Origin: Octopus bimaculoides
Lineage: Eukaryota
Reading direction: 5' to 3'
DNA length: 64,000 bases
Assembly: GCF_001194135.2 (NCBI RefSeq)
Contig: NC_069004.1
Location: forward strand, 32,624,553 to 32,688,552
The notes under the pieces: model-generated
The model's input: only the letters and a program-made list of their open reading frames with translations
What the model was told of the DNA's origin: nothing
Databases searched by the model: none
Part shown: piece after piece, positions 63,630 to 64,000 of the stretch
Layout: the number at the start of each line of letters is the position of its first letter
Position numbering within the stretch: position 1 is the first letter of the stretch
Position numbers and translations under genes: made by a program

Positions 63630-64000
63630 TTACGATGATCAATACCCTTAAGTACACAGATAGCTATGTATACATATATATAAGCCATGTTATTTTCCTG
63701 CCCATGCCCTTCAACTTCAAGACCTGATCTACAAGAGGCTTGCTTGCGCTTTCCTTTACAGTTCAGCTCTGTTCAGTTATCTTGATTTTTTTTTCTTTTT
63801 TGTCTTTCTGTTTGTTTGTTTGTTTTTTTTTTCTTTTCTCTGAAGAATTTTTGTGAGCAAGAAATCTCAGCATTCTTCCTCTCGTAACAACTCAGTCCCA
63901 GTGTTTCCAACACACACACACACACTCACACACACATATATATATATGTATATGCACACACAAACATATGCATATACACACTTATTTTCCTGATCTTCTG

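Noticed and set aside
62557-63727. ORFs of 250-380 aa spanning N runs (also 27538-28615, 41352-42314, 17840-18407)
   Set aside because: Their length comes from X residues in assembly gaps.

Overview
Eukaryotic, AT-rich, very repeat-dense draft sequence with 16 N-gaps. The repeat families (tRNA-derived SINEs with CORE-like and RTE-like parts, heavy (TA)n/(CA)n/(ATT)n/(CAC)n load) suggest an octopus genome; this is inferred from recalled family features, not from a search. Almost all ORFs in the supplied track are microsatellite or N artefacts. I found no rRNA, genuine tRNA gene or CRISPR. Most of the window looks like large introns of one unidentified plus-strand gene. Support: an internal exon at 9960-10099 and a 123-nt exon at 49856-49978, plus two candidate alternative first exons (22096-22156, 31357-31414) that splice in frame onto the latter. 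A weaker minus-strand exon chain lies at 1.2-7.1 kb. Mobile-element remnants include mariner, pogo/Tigger, TTAA- and hAT-type MITEs, CR1-like RT, Tx1/L1-like 3' ends, Penelope-type hammerhead relics and at least five SINE-like families. Most interesting observations: (1) a ~190-bp repeat (>20 copies, partly in oriented arrays) whose head matches P2, P3/L3, P4 and J4/2 of an HDV/CPEB3-type ribozyme, with no clear P1 5' strand; (2) the multi-promoter, alternative N-terminus gene layout; (3) repeated fold-back palindromes with 9-10-nt loops at element ends; (4) module swapping among SINEs and a SINE tail shared with the Tx1-like LINE 3' end. All coding and ribozyme calls are hypotheses from manual reading; repeat boundaries are approximate.
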